A stretch of DNA of 60,761 nt, filler included, from Squatina squatina (lineage: Eukaryota), in the NCBI GenBank assembly GCA_031763465.1. It is 3 parts of 3 records of this genome, joined end to end, with 100 filler letters (N's around TTAATTAATTAA, not from the genome) between each part and the next. Parts side by side here need not be neighbours in the genome. Positions count along the whole stretch, not along the records: positions 29,784 to 60,761 come from JARFOE010000013.1; 2 more parts are not named here. One strand, given 5' to 3'. Position 1 is the stretch's first letter. Each line of letters opens with the position of its first letter. Shown one piece after another: positions 38,305-50,696 of the stretch. Both the position numbers and the translations under genes were made by a program. Below the pieces are notes generated by a model. That model was not told the DNA's origin and made no database searches. It saw only the letters and a list, made by a program, of their open reading frames with translations.

Positions 38305-38740
38305 GTCAGCCTTGGCACAGTGGTAACCCTCTTGCCTCTGAGTACTGAAGGTTGTGGGCTCAAGTATCATTCTAGAAATTGAGCACCTAATCTAAGCTGA
38401 CACTACAGTTCAATACTGAGGGAGTACTGCACTGTCAGAGGTGCTGCCTTTTGGATGAAACCCCATCTGCCTGCTCAGGTTGATGTAAAAGTTCCTGCGG
38501 TGCATTTCAAACAACACTAGGGGAGTTCTTAATGCCCTGACTGACATTTATCCCTTAAACAATACCAGGAAAAATACATTAACTGGATATTTATCTCATT
38601 GTTGTTTGTGGGACCTTGCTGTATATAAATTGACTGCTTTTTTAAAATTTCAAAATAACAGTGACTGGTAGTGGCTGTAAACCACTCTACGATGCCTGAG
38701 GATGTTAAAGGTGCAATATAATTATAAGTTCTTTCTTTTT
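38305..38740 (+). mobile_element. Near full-length tRNA-derived DeuSINE (SacSINE1-like)
   Basis: A/B-box-like head TGGCACAGTGG..GGGCTCAAGT, central TACTGAGGGAGT.CTGCACTGTCAGAGGTGC, CATTGTTGTTTGTGGGACCTTGCTGT and TCTT tail. Confidence 0.85.
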
Positions 38741-39034
38741 GTCCAGCCAACACCAAAGGTTTCTTCTCCCATTCAAGGGATGGTAGAGTAATAAGATCCA
38801 TGTTGGATCCAGCATGTATAATGAAGGTAGGAGGACACTGAATGGCAAACTACTGCATAAATAATTTCCCATAAGTAGGAATGGAGAAGCAAATAAGCCA
38901 TCAGCATTGCAGGCCATGTCAGTTATGTATGGGAAATTTCATGTTCAATGGCTTATCGTCAAGCATTCTGTTTTTACCATATGGTAACTGAAAACTGCAT
39001 TTTATAAATAGTTTAATACAGTCTCCAATTACTT

Positions 39035-39168
39035 TAATTTGAACTATTGTAAATGTGGGAAGTACAGCAGCCAATTTGCACACAGCAAGCTCCCACAAAC
39101 AGCAATGTGATAATGACCAAATAATCTGTTTGTGTTATGTTGATTGAGGGATAAATATTGGCCACAAC
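39035..39168 (-). mobile_element. DeuSINE (SacSINE1-like) fragment
   Basis: GCAGCCAATTTGCACACAGCAAGCTCCCACAAACAGCAATGTGA is the reverse complement of the SINE core. Confidence 0.85.
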
Positions 39169-39354
39169 NNNNNNNNNNNNNNNNNNNNNNNNNNNNNNNN
39201 NNNNNNNNNNNNNNNNNNNNNNNNNNNNNNNNNNNNNNNNNNNNNNNNNNNNNNNNNNNNNNNNNNNNAAATTAACTTTTCATATAAAATTGTTCCCAGT
39301 TGCCTTATAATCAGTTAAACAGAAAGACCATATAAACCTTAGAGTTTCTGTTTT

Positions 39355-39655
39355 TATTCCTTTATGACTGACATGGAGTGTTACTAGTGTATGCAATGCA
39401 TATTTGTCCTTGACTCTAAGTCAAGTTCCAGCTGCACTCTGGGTGTTCTGGTGATGATTATCATAGATTGGTACTGTTGAATGTCACAGTGTTAGCAAGT
39501 GATCGCACTGTTAGCAATATCCAGCAGTTTGCACAATCTTTGTTGGAAGAAGAGATCTATCTCAATAATTTGACAGTAGGGGTGTTGATCACAGACAATA
39601 TTGCTAACATGTAAAAAGCTATGCAGGAAGGTGATTACACCAAGTCTTGTAGCAA
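39355..39655 (+). mobile_element. hAT-superfamily (Ac/ZBED-like) transposase fossil
   Basis: Frameshifted SFMTD/WSVTSVCNAYLSLT, then HRLVLLNVTVLASDRTVSNIQQFAQSLLEE..LTVGVLITDNIANM*KAMQEG; resembles hAT motifs T.D.W.S..Y.SLT, HT..NI and VTDNA.NM..A in the expected order. Confidence 0.65.
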
Positions 39656-39841
39656 CTACAATCAGCAGTCAATACTATTTGCCGCAAAGGCAGGATCTCA
39701 TTTACACTAGATTCTTCTGAAAAATGGCAACACATTTTTTCCCCAGATTGAAGACTACACATCATATGTTCGAGTCTCTACTGGTCTTAAAAAGATCAAT
39801 TCCATTATTTCCTAGGAATCCGACAATGAATGTTTAATCTA

Positions 39842-40181
39842 TTGGCCGGAATTTTCCTGTTGCCGAGCGTGCAGGTTTTGGGGGGCAGGTTGGCAGTAAA
39901 AATCGCCGTAATTGGCAACGCATCGAGAACCCGCTGTCATCCACATTGAAATCAGATGCATTTGGAGGTGTGCCATAGACCCAATCAGGAGAGGCGGGCT
40001 ACCTCATTCAAGTAATTAGCGGCTTGTTGAGAGACCCTTAAGAGGGTTTTAACAGCAGCTTTTGGCTTTAATTTTAGGAGTATAGGATTCATGCACCTCG
40101 GGAACCTCACCTGTGAAGGGGAGGCGGAAGCTCAGTGGCCATTGTGCAAGTGTATTAATAGAGAGCTGGAAAAACACATAA
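39842..40181. mobile_element. Dispersed repeat end (GGCCGGAATTTTCC terminus), copy 1
   Basis: Collinear with 41591-41870 (GCCATAGACCC, ACCCTTAA..TTTTAAC, CTCGGGAAC..GAAGCTCAG). Confidence 0.65.
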
Positions 40182-41590
40182 NNNNNNNNNNNNNNNNNNN
40201 NNNNNNNNNNNNNNNNNNNNNNNNNNNNNNNNNNNNNNNNNNNNNNNNNNNNNNNNNNNNNNNNNNNNNNNNNNNNNNNNNTTAGTTGATTTTCGCATTA
40301 GTTTGTTTTCTTTCTCATTTTCTACTAATATTTCTTGCTCAATACCTTGACATTTGTGTGGTGTGAATAATATTATCTAATGTCAGTGCATATGTGATTT
40401 CAAAGCTGAGCTAACTCCTCAAGAATAGGTGATGCAAAGAACAAAATTTACTCTTTAACAAAGACAGTAGTATCATAGATGAATACTGAATGAGAGCCTG
40501 CTTATTAATTGAATATTAAATATACACATTTCTCTTATTGCCCACTGGAAAATGCCAGCTGATTTTCTGGTGAGGAAGAGAGAGAGATAAATAGGAAAGT
40601 GCAATGACATTCATATGACCTTTTACCATTAAAATACAAATGTAGCCCAGTTGGTTTCTTGTTAAGGGCAGAAAAATATTTTTTCCCAATTTTTAAAATA
40701 AATATTTGAGCTAGCTATTTGTATCAGCGAGCACATAAACAGTATATTTCAGCATTTTTATTAAGCAATGGAAAGAAGTCATTTCCTCCACAACAACATC
40801 TCATAAACAATTCTGACAGCATAATAAACTATAAAAGGCTGCAGTAAAAACTAGCCATACCATACAAAATGGAAAAGCAGGAGAAAACATTTATCACTGC
40901 TGTTATTATCACGGTTACCATGGAAACATTGTTGNNNNNNNNNNNNNNNNNNNNNNNNNNNNNNNNNNNNNNNNNNNNNNNNNNNNNNNNNNNNNNNNNN
41001 NNNNNNNNNNNNNNNNNNNNNNNNNNNNNNNNNNAGAAAAGCAAATCTTTTTTAATGCGAGTACAAAAATTATATATATTTTTAATATTAGAGTTATATT
41101 TTGCATATGTGTAGATCTCTTCTGGTATCTTCTCTTCCCCACCCCCACCCGATCACAGTACTCATCTCCAACACAGTACACATTATCTATTACTGCGTAC
41201 TTTGAGCTCTAACCAAGATTGATGTTAACTGTTAACCATAAGAGCTCATATTTTATTTGTCTTGTGACCTCTAAGTTTTAATGGCAGTTTCACATTCTTC
41301 ATAATGAAGGAGCCAATTTCTATCTTGTACATTAACTGAACAGTATTAGATAACATAGTAGGCTGCAGCTGGAGGCTATTGTGACAAGAGAGGTAAAAGA
41401 TAGAAATTAAATACTTCATTAAAGAAAACATGTGAGGGCATTCAGAAATATTGGGAGATATACAAAAGACGGGAAAGGGCCTTCCTGAATGAGTGACAGA
41501 GGTGAATAAAAGAGGTGGGCACAAAGAGAAAAATGCAGGCAGCATAATGAGAAAAATGTGTGAGATGCATACAGAGAGAGACAAAGCTAG

Positions 41591-41870
41591 AGGCCAGAAT
41601 TTTCCCATGCATGCAGGTTTGGAGGCAGTTGGGCAGTAAAAGTTGCAGAAAATGGGAGAGTGTCAGGAAAGTGCCGTCATCCCGCCTCCTTCGCCTTTAA
41701 CTTGGGCGCATTTGCCAACGCGCCATAGACCCGAACGGCTCAAATCTCATTAAATGCTTGTTGTGAAACCCTTAACAGGAATTTTAACCATACCTTTTGA
41801 GTGTCACTGGATGACCATGGGAATCACGCAGCTCGGGAACCACATCTGTCAAGCTGAGGCAGAAGCTCAG
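41591..41870. mobile_element. Dispersed repeat end (GGCCAGAATTTTCC terminus), copy 2
   Basis: Collinear with 39842-40140. Confidence 0.65.
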
Positions 41871-42721
41871 NNNNNNNNNNNNNNNNNNNNNNNNNNNNNN
41901 NNNNNNNNNNNNNNNNNNNNNNNNNNNNNNNNNNNNNNNNNNNNNNNNNNNNNNNNNNNNNNNNNNNNNNATGCAAATTTGGGTCCTACCTTCTTTCTGG
42001 CTGGAGACTGGCTAGACACCCTGATATTGCAGCGACTCCGCCAGGGTGCTCATTTTCCGCCCTCATCCCCCGGCCCTATGCCAATGAGGCCCAGCCCTCA
42101 AAATGGACTGGATCTCCTGTTGGGACTATGGGGCGGGGGCACGCCGCCAATTGACTGTCCAAACACGGCTCAGGGTGAAAATCTATTCCACTCTGTACTG
42201 TACAATGTCAGAAATTATAAACTGTTCCTGAAATTTGAAAATGTTACCTCAAACAGTTACATTTTATTCAATGGTACTATGCTAAAAGAAATTATTGGAA
42301 TGACCCTCAGGCTAGATTACTACATTTAAAAAATCTTGTGATTTTGAAACACTTCTTACAACATTACTACAGTGCCATAGCCTTGTGTTAAATGGAACTC
42401 AAATGGAAATATGTTGACAATGACTATGGCAGTAGCAACAAAATTGCACGAGCAAAAAATATGATTGTGTTAAGTTGGNNNNNNNNNNNNNNNNNNNNNN
42501 NNNNNNNNNNNNNNNNNNNNNNNNNNNNNNNNNNNNNNNNNNNNNNNNNNNNNNNNNNNNNNNNNNNNNNNNNNNNNNTATCGTTGTCGGCAAGTAGCTA
42601 TAACTTGTCTGCATTTTTAAAAGGCACTTGATAAAATTTCACATGCAACTTTTAAGGAAGGTTGAGGCTTATGAAATAAATGATTAAAGTAATTATTTGA
42701 TTTGAAAATAGCTTGGCAATA

Positions 42722-43110
42722 AAAAGAAGGAATGACCGTGTATTTATATTGTACCTGTCATCCTCAGAACTTCCCATAGCACTTTACTGTTGATGAATTA
42801 TTTTTAAATTGCAGTTACTGTTGTTTTGTAGGGAAACACGGCAGTTAATATGCACACAGCAAGGTCCTGCAAACAACAGCGAGAAATGACCGTGTATTTA
42901 TATTGTACCTGTCATCCTCAGGGCTTCCCATAGCACTTTACTGTTGATGAATTATTTTTAAGTTGCAGTTACTGTTGTTTTGTAGGGAAACACAGCAGTT
43001 AATATGCACACACCAAGGTCCTGCAAACAGTGAGAGAAATGATCAGTTAACCAGCTTTTGGTGCTGTTGCTTGAAGGATGTATGTTGGTCAGGCCACTGG
43101 TAGAGCTTCC
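42722..43110 (-). mobile_element. DeuSINE fragment containing a ~154-bp tandem duplication
   Basis: Unit AATGACCGTGTATTTATATTG...GCAAAC at 42731 and again at 42885. Confidence 0.85.
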
Positions 43111-43855
43111 CTGGAGATGTTAATGTCCCTTTTTAAAATTTCAGTCCTTCCTGGGGGAATTAAAGCTGGCATCTGGGTAGATGTGAAAGTTACCTCTCGT
43201 GAATTAATTGTGAGCACTGAAATGTTTCGAACATTATTTCCTGTTAGTCTAAATCAGTGGCAGTAGAAGAGTGTAATGTGTGGTTATAAATTGAGAGTTA
43301 TAGTCAGATATAAAATATGAATTTACACTTAATTACTGCATTAAATCATTTTGCTTTATTCATACAATCTGGTCACAGGACATAAATGTTTTTCAGATAT
43401 TTCTATAATAAATTTCCAATATATAAATTTCACGATGCATAAGCAATGCATGCCTCCTTCTGAATGATCCCCAGCGAAAGTTAAACAAGAATGTTAACCC
43501 TTTCATTTACTCATTCCATTCTTCGTCTTATACACATCAGTTTCAAAAAGACACCTTTCCACCACAAGCCACCTGGACACTACAATGCATATTGTGTAGA
43601 CATCTAACATATTGAACGACATCTAACAAGTTCTTTCATGGTATTAGCAAAATTCTTAAAACTGCAGCATAAACCAGTTCATGCAACATAACTATAGCCA
43701 CATACTGCAAAAGCACCAAATTCCTTATTTAAAACTCAAAGACCTTAGAGTCCAGCTGTATCATCATACACTTGATATTTGGGTCAGGGCTCCAAATAAG
43801 CAGATCCAATCAATTAATTTAGTAAAATAATTTTAAATGAAGCCAAAATACTTAC

Positions 43856-43911
43856 TTTGTAGCTCTGTCTGATATCTTCAGCTCCAGTTGATGATCATCC
43901 ACCATACAGTG
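43856..43911 (-). CDS. RBM19: RNA-binding protein 19 internal exon (end of fifth RRM)
   Basis: ccttag|CAC...ACA AA|gtaagt, 56 nt: HCMVDDHQLELKISDRAT(K) vs recalled human GHVVDGHKLEVRISERATK. Confidence 0.75.
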
Positions 43912-44569
43912 CTAAGGTTTCAAAAATATCCAGGTAAATGTCGTAAACATTAGTGTAAAATAAAGAAAACATCTGTTGGATGTGATTAAATGATTTTATT
44001 TTCAACTACAATGGTAAACATAATGCTGGTGGTAATTGGTTCTTACTTGAGTTTTTCTTCAAGAATACAACCTCTTTCAGCTGATCGAGGCAGGCTATGT
44101 GCCAACAGAGCAATTTAAAACACAATATAGTGCAGCCTTCTTATCATATTTAGAACCATGTTCTTGATTTATTCAAAGAACTTTATGCTCAGAATGAAAC
44201 ATTTAATCCAGTTGCCCGTAATCTACAATTATAAGCTTATTTTTTATTACTTCTTTTGGGTGGAGGACATCTGTTGGATTTTGATAAGGATGTTCTGCTG
44301 AAATTATTTTTAACATATTTCAAGTTCAGCATACTAGAAATTGCTATCGGGACTGATAATGTAGTGTGGCTGCAGAAATGCAGGAGCTGCTACTCCTCAG
44401 ATTCTGCATGCACTTACCCTGCATTGAGATGACTGCACATCATAACGTGCATTCCGCTCTTTTAGATAACCACATTAGCACTTCTACCACACAGTGTGTA
44501 ACACGCTGGGAGCGTGCAACAGTTAGAGGACAGGTTGTTGGGTGCAACAGTTTGCTCTTAAAGCTGTCT

Positions 44570-44706
44570 TGGGCGAGAACTGGTTCAAACAAATCAGAGG
44601 TTGAGCTTCTCCTTTCAATGAAATTACTTTGGTAGGAAGAGTGCACTGAGCCGTGGAGGAGGTGAAAAAGAAATTTGCTGATCTCAGGAAGGCTGCCAAG
44701 GTTAGT
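44570..44706 (+). pseudogene. Degenerate Harbinger-type Myb/SANT exon, copy C
   Basis: RTG.NKSEVELLL...(fs)VEEVKKKFADLRKAAK|gttagt; same helix-3 motif and intron position as QCCKKFSDLTGGIK|gtaag in copy A. Confidence 0.5.
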
Positions 44707-44919
44707 ATTGCTCGCCTTTTGCTTAATATCACAACGTTGCTTCATGACACATTTTAACAACCCACCATGGCAAGTTGTGGAATTGAATTCCATAAATCTG
44801 GTAATTTATGGGCTAGCANNNNNNNNNNNNNNNNNNNNNNNNNNNNNNNNNNNNNNNNNNNNNNNNNNNNNNNNNNNNNNNNNNNNNNNNNNNNNNNNNN
44901 NNNNNNNNNNNNNNNNNNT

Positions 44920-45191
44920 TTAAGAGAGGCCTGGCAGTGCTTCTGATATTGGCATGCAGTGTGCTGATGTCACACTGATACAGCGCAAATGACGTCGCTG
45001 TCATGGTGCTCAGGCCACGCCAACAACATACTAGGTCAGTCGCCTCAGTTCTGTCCGGGAGTGCGCTGCGGCTCGCTCCCAGACAGGAACAACGAATTGT
45101 GTGGCAGGCGGGGTGGGGTGGGAGCAGGCACAAAAAATGCCGGCTCCTGCCATGTAAGCGCTCCAAAGGGGCGCAAATGAATTTTGGCCCC
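44920..45191. mobile_element. GC-rich TIR element end (…GCGCAAATGAATTTTGGCCCC)
   Basis: GC-rich block ending in a GGGGCC.AAATT-type terminus followed by TTAA. Confidence 0.5.
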
Positions 45192-48161
45192 TTAATTTCT
45201 TCAATGGCGAAAGCTTTTACCCAGATGCAGTATGTGCATATAATTCATTTAAACAGAAAATGCAAACCCCAATTCTTTGACTTTTTTGTAGAAAATCCCT
45301 GTACCTTTATCCTGGCTCAATCTATTTTCGAAGAACATAATTTTTTTACATGCCTGTGAATGAATGCCTCCAATCCTGAGAAAACCCTGCCATTACTTTT
45401 AAATCAAGTGCTTATAAAGTTTTGCCTGAGTGCGTCTGAGATCTGTATGTCTTTGTTTAATGTAATTGTGGTATTTTTTTTCCTTTGTAAAGAGTTTTTT
45501 GATTTTTTTATACATTGCTGTAAATGAAAATTAATTTTCTTGTGATTGGCGTATCACTTCTGGCCTCCGTTTGGGTTGTCGGATTCTGAACCTGCTTTTG
45601 GTCAGTAGGTGTAACACACAATTGCCAATCTGGCTCAAATGCCCTGGAGCACCTGATGGCAACAGGCTTGTTGGCTATTGTTCCATGTCATTTCCATGAG
45701 TCAGTGGGTGAATGCCAGAAGGATGGTAGAAGGTCAGCATTGGCACTAGGATCTTGGAAGTAGTCCCAGTGTTAAGGGATACCCACAAAACTGGTTTGAG
45801 GGATTATGACTGATAATTCTCATTGCACCATTGTTCTGATTGATTGTGACAATATTTTAGTGCCTTAATATGGCTTCAGAAAGGTAAGAAGATGAGTAAA
45901 AAGGCTTACACAAACACGTAACTAATCATTTACAGCACCAACATTTTCTTGTACAGACACTGCTAACATTCTGCCGCCCTATACAGATACACTGCTAATC
46001 TTCCCACTGTCCTATACAGATACATAGTTTCTATGCTGTAGAGATGTTGGGAGAAATATTGAATTTATGTTTGCCCATGATGAATGGGTGAACAGAAGTT
46101 GGAAATTGGGGGACACTTTAGCTGGCCCATTGACATCATATTCATCGCATATTCAGGTGGGCCTCAAAATGGGCGAGACAGCTGTCCACCTGAAATAGGT
46201 GTAAGGCTGTTTTACTATGCAAATTGCTACCGGGCCTCCTCGAATCTTCCAGCCACCACAGCCCCCTGCCACCCTGCCCCCTGCCACGCCATGAAAATCG
46301 AGGCCAGAATCTCTATTGTACTGATCTACTGCTAAAACTCAAATGTTGTAAGTTAGCCATTATAAAACATAATCAAGTGAGCTCAGAGTCAGATCTGTGC
46401 TCCACTGGTGTATTATTTATCTCTTTTAAACTTGAAAGGATTGTCAGATGTCAGAAAGGTGCAAGCTTTTAAACATGATCCTTTGCATAGGGCAGTNNNN
46501 NNNNNNATCAGTCGATATGCTGAAGAACAGCCAGAAAAATAAAGGTTAAAGGAACTATTTTAATTGTATTTTTTTTCAGCAACTGTTTCTTAAGCAGAAG
46601 TTAATTTATATCTAAAATGAGCTTGAGTGTTAATTAAAAGCACTTTGGCATAGAGTAATGAGATCCTGTGGTGCAGCTTCCTGAAACCATTACAGACTAA
46701 GAGGACTTATTAGTGATAATAATGCCGATTTTCCCAAGTAGTTGAATTTTAGCCTATTTGAGAAACAAATTGTAGTGTTAGAAAATGGTGAATTTTTAGC
46801 CTTGTTTTGCTGCAGTTCTCATTAAATATTGCAATGCACCACTTAAAGGTNNNNNNNNNNNNNNNNNNNNNNNNNNNNNNNNNNNNNNNNNNNNNNNNNN
46901 NNNNNNNNNNNNNNNNNNNNNNNNNNNNNNNNNNNNNNNNNNNNNNNNNNACAGCTCTATTAGGGCACTAAAATTACACCTATTGGCCCCATATAGCCAC
47001 CAGCTATAAAAATGCCAATTGGGCGCCGTACATTTTTCAAGATAACTGCTTAAATGGAAATGGCAGCATCTATTTGTCAAGCAGCCTCTCCCCTGCCCTC
47101 CTTTTTGAGTCCCACCCAGACCTCTACCCTGCCATGGATCCGACCTGAGTACTGCCCAGTTCTCTACCCGAGTCCCATCGCTGCTCCTACCCCAGCCCGT
47201 TGTTGCTACTTTAAATGCTGAAATGATTGAAATGAAGTAGCTTCATACTGTGGAAGGATTATAGTATGTTACATTATTCAGTGCTGAGGGTCCTTACACA
47301 GGTACAGCACTAGTTAAATTCACAGAAAGGTGTAAAACCTTTCCTCCATCACAAAATAATGGATGCACAGCTTAAGTTGATTTCTATAATACATCAGTAA
47401 TGCATAAGGTATTACACAAAAAGTTTCAAATATTTTGTAATTTTATAAAATCTAATAGACTATTACATTGGTAGAAATGAAATTGAATCTTAAATCAATT
47501 CAAATTAATTCTGTGATTATAAAAAGTGTACCATTTGCCAACACAACAAGTAACAGAAGATAGAATCTTAGGGGAAATCTTGCTCTCAAGTGGATATAAA
47601 TATATTCAACAATTCAAACTATGTTGGATGTTACATATGCAAAACACAAGTTACAAGCCAGGGATATATGTCTTTTGTATGGAAAATATATTTTATTTGT
47701 GCAAGTTCAGTGTAGCTGAAAGACATTTTGCCTCACATAGCTCAAAATAATAGTTTTGAATTAGCTTAATATTATTTGCTTGATAGATGTATGCAAATTA
47801 ATTCTTGTCCTTTTATTGGAAGGCAATGGAAAGTACCTGTCTGCATTAACTTCCCTCATGACAGGCGGTGTCAGATTCTTTACCATGATGATGAATTGTT
47901 GCTAGCCTCTTATTTGCATATTTTTCCACTACAATTTCAAATATGTCAGTCACATGTGAACCTTATAAATCTGTGCTTAATAATACTTAAACACGTTTTA
48001 TAATGAAGGTATAGCCTCTTTCATTTTCAGATTTTAAAAATGTAAAATAAAATAAATTAGTNNNNNNNNNNNNNNNNNNNNNNNNNNNNNNNNNNNNNNN
48101 NNNNNNNNNNNNNNNNNNNNNNNNNNNNNNNNNNNNNNNNNNNNNNNNNNNNNNNNNNNNN

Positions 48162-48787
48162 CTTGGTGGAGGCGCAAAACATCGCAAACAGAGCTGTCAC
48201 TCCCAGCGGGTGCTGGGGAACTTATCGGAGGGCGATCTGATGCCTGAGGGTTCTTCTCAGCACCCTCTCCAACGGCCTGACCTGATGTATCACCTGCAAT
48301 GGCCACTTATTTGCCCCGCCACTCGGCCCATCACCATGGCTGCCGGTCCGGCGATCAACCGTCTTCTTCTGATGGGCCTGAGGGAGTCCCTGATCAGGAG
48401 GAGACGGTCGATACAGGGGCAAAGGCAGGGCACAGCTCTCCTCACATTGCGAGGGGCACACGTCCCCAAACACCAACTGCCCCTGCAACTGTCCCCGATC
48501 AGCCTGCCATCGGCCCCACAACTGCCCCCAATCAGCCTGCCATGGCCCCTGATCGGCCCCTGAAACTGCCCCCGATTGTCTCCAAATAGTGCCCCTTTCG
48601 TGCCCCGATCGGCCCCTGCAATTGCCCCCAATTGTGCCCCAATTGTGCCCCAATATGTGGATGCCCACCATTAGCAGAAAAATGAGAGAAGCTCCCCCAA
48701 CCCCAGGAAGTTCCCAGTAAAAGTTCCCAGCTTAGCGCATCTCAGCATTTACGCTGGGATGCATCCAATTGCAGATTTTCAGGGCCA
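48162..48787. mobile_element. GC-rich TIR element end with internal degenerate tandem repeats
   Basis: Terminus TCCAATTGCAGATTTTCAGGGCCA is the inverted match of 20582; CAACTG.CCCC.ATCAGCCTGCCAT units at 48470-48655. Confidence 0.55.
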
Positions 48788-49565
48788 CTGTATCAAATTC
48801 CTCACCCCGCTATTTTAAGGAAGGAACTAATCTGTTTATTTTAAATAGGTTAGGGCTGACATTAAAACAACACAGAGGTGAATTTGATGATTCATATGAT
48901 CGTTGGATAACATCACTCAGTAATTTCCAGGCACTTGGGCTTGTCCTTTTCACAGCTTTTAAGGGTATTTCAATGGTACGTACAGGTTTATTATCTCAGT
49001 TGCTGCCCAAATTCTACCACACAATTTATTGATTTTTCCCCCATCTTTTTTACGACTGGTGGTTCAATCCATGGAACATTAGATGTAATCATGCAAATTA
49101 AGCTACTTATCCAAAACAGGAAATGAACAATTTGACCTTTGGTGATGAGTCAGACATTATTTCTGGTTGCAAAGTGGCATTCAAAATCCCACCAAGGTGT
49201 GAGCAATGCTCTAGTAAATATGAGCCCCATATTGTAATTTATGAATTTATTAACAGAAAAATGCAGTTCTTATTCAAAAGCCCACATGCCTGCAGGCGTC
49301 AAAATGCCTTGACAAAAATACAGAGGGAAAGTTTTACTGAAATCAAGTATTAAACCTGGGTTAAATGTGCACTAATTGTATATGTTCAGTGCTTAAAAAT
49401 GATACAAAATCAGTACTGGGCTTAATTAATCTGCTTTGCTCCATAATTATTTGTTTAATTGATTTNNNNNNNNNNNNNNNNNNNNNNNNNNNNNNNNNNN
49501 NNNNNNNNNNNNNNNNNNNNNNNNNNNNNNNNNNNNNNNNNNNNNNNNNNNNNNNNNNNNNNNNN

Positions 49566-49675
49566 CAGGAACAGGGTACTGAATTTGGATGACCAGCCAT
49601 GATCATATTGAATGGCGGAGCAGGCTCGAAGGGCCGAATGGCTTACTCCTGCTCCTATTTTCTAGGTTTCTATGG
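49566..49675 (+). mobile_element. CR1-clade LINE (HER1/HE1-like) 3' tail
   Basis: Nearly identical to 2955-3066. Confidence 0.85.
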
Positions 49676-50569
49676 TCTAATTGCGCTATCATATTGGTAA
49701 TGGTGGAAGGAGCTTGGTACTTCAGCTGACCGTATGAAGGAGGTGAATTTCACCACTCCAAAGGCATTCTGGAAGCAGCTTTTCCAGTGGAGGTGTGAAA
49801 ATAAATACTTTAAACAAGCTCTGCAATCATTGACAGTATGCTGCAAAAATAATAAGGGACGAGTGAGTTTCCATTTGCTGTAACACTCTTCCGATACACA
49901 ACACAAAGGTTAGACCGGTTTGAAGTTCTTTCTCAAGTTCTATATTAATCTAAGCTCCTCAAATCTTCACCTAATTATCTCTCTGCTCTAAATAAGCAAC
50001 TCTTATAGTCCTTTCTTGACGCTATTAATATGCATTAAACATACAACAGGTTGAGAGGGTGTTTCGAACAGATTTTTCATGTCTTCACAAATCAATAGAA
50101 TACTAGAACTATGCCCTCAACTTTATGAATATATTAACCAGTGACTCCCTTAAACCCTCACAGGGTTTGATCAACCTTTTTATTTTACATTTTCTTGACA
50201 CTATTTGGTAGCTTCATTTTTTAATTCCCTCCTCCCCCTGGAATTTGCATCCTTTTTCCTGTTAGTACTGACTCCTACTGGGGGACAATTCCACAGACAC
50301 ATGTAGCCTTCCAGTGCCTTGTCTGAGTAGCCATTCTTCATCTGTAAGTCCAGACAGTGAAGCTCCATTTTAACTCGGGCCAGGAATCGGGTGGGCGTGG
50401 TTCAAGAAGTCTGCAAAATGTTCCGATCTCCGGTTTCAACAGGCTGAAAATCATGTGGCTTTTGCATCGGGCAAGCAGTCATTTCCATCAGATTACCACC
50501 CAGGCAGTGAAGTTAAAAATGACCCTCACAACCTCTGGCTCGCTGGTCCAATCCTACAAGTTCAACACT

Positions 50570-50696
50570 TGAAATGGAAAAATTTGCAGGATCTTGGGGG
50601 AAGAGCAGGGGAGTGGGGCTAATTGGAGTCCTCTTTCAAAGAGCCGGCACAGTCACGATGGGCTGAATGGCCTCCTTCTGTGCTGTATGATTCTAA
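50570..50696 (+). mobile_element. CR1-clade LINE 3' tail
   Basis: CTCTTTCAAAGAGCCGGCACAG.CACGATGGGCTGAATGGCCTCCTTCTGTGCTG; homologous to 12079-12225. Confidence 0.8.

Noticed and set aside
45540-45780. LF-SINE-like similarity
   Set aside because: Only short scattered word matches from memory; not supportable
48210-48671. Overlapping 96-149 aa ORFs on both strands
   Set aside because: Explained by GC-rich transposon and tandem-repeat sequence lacking stops
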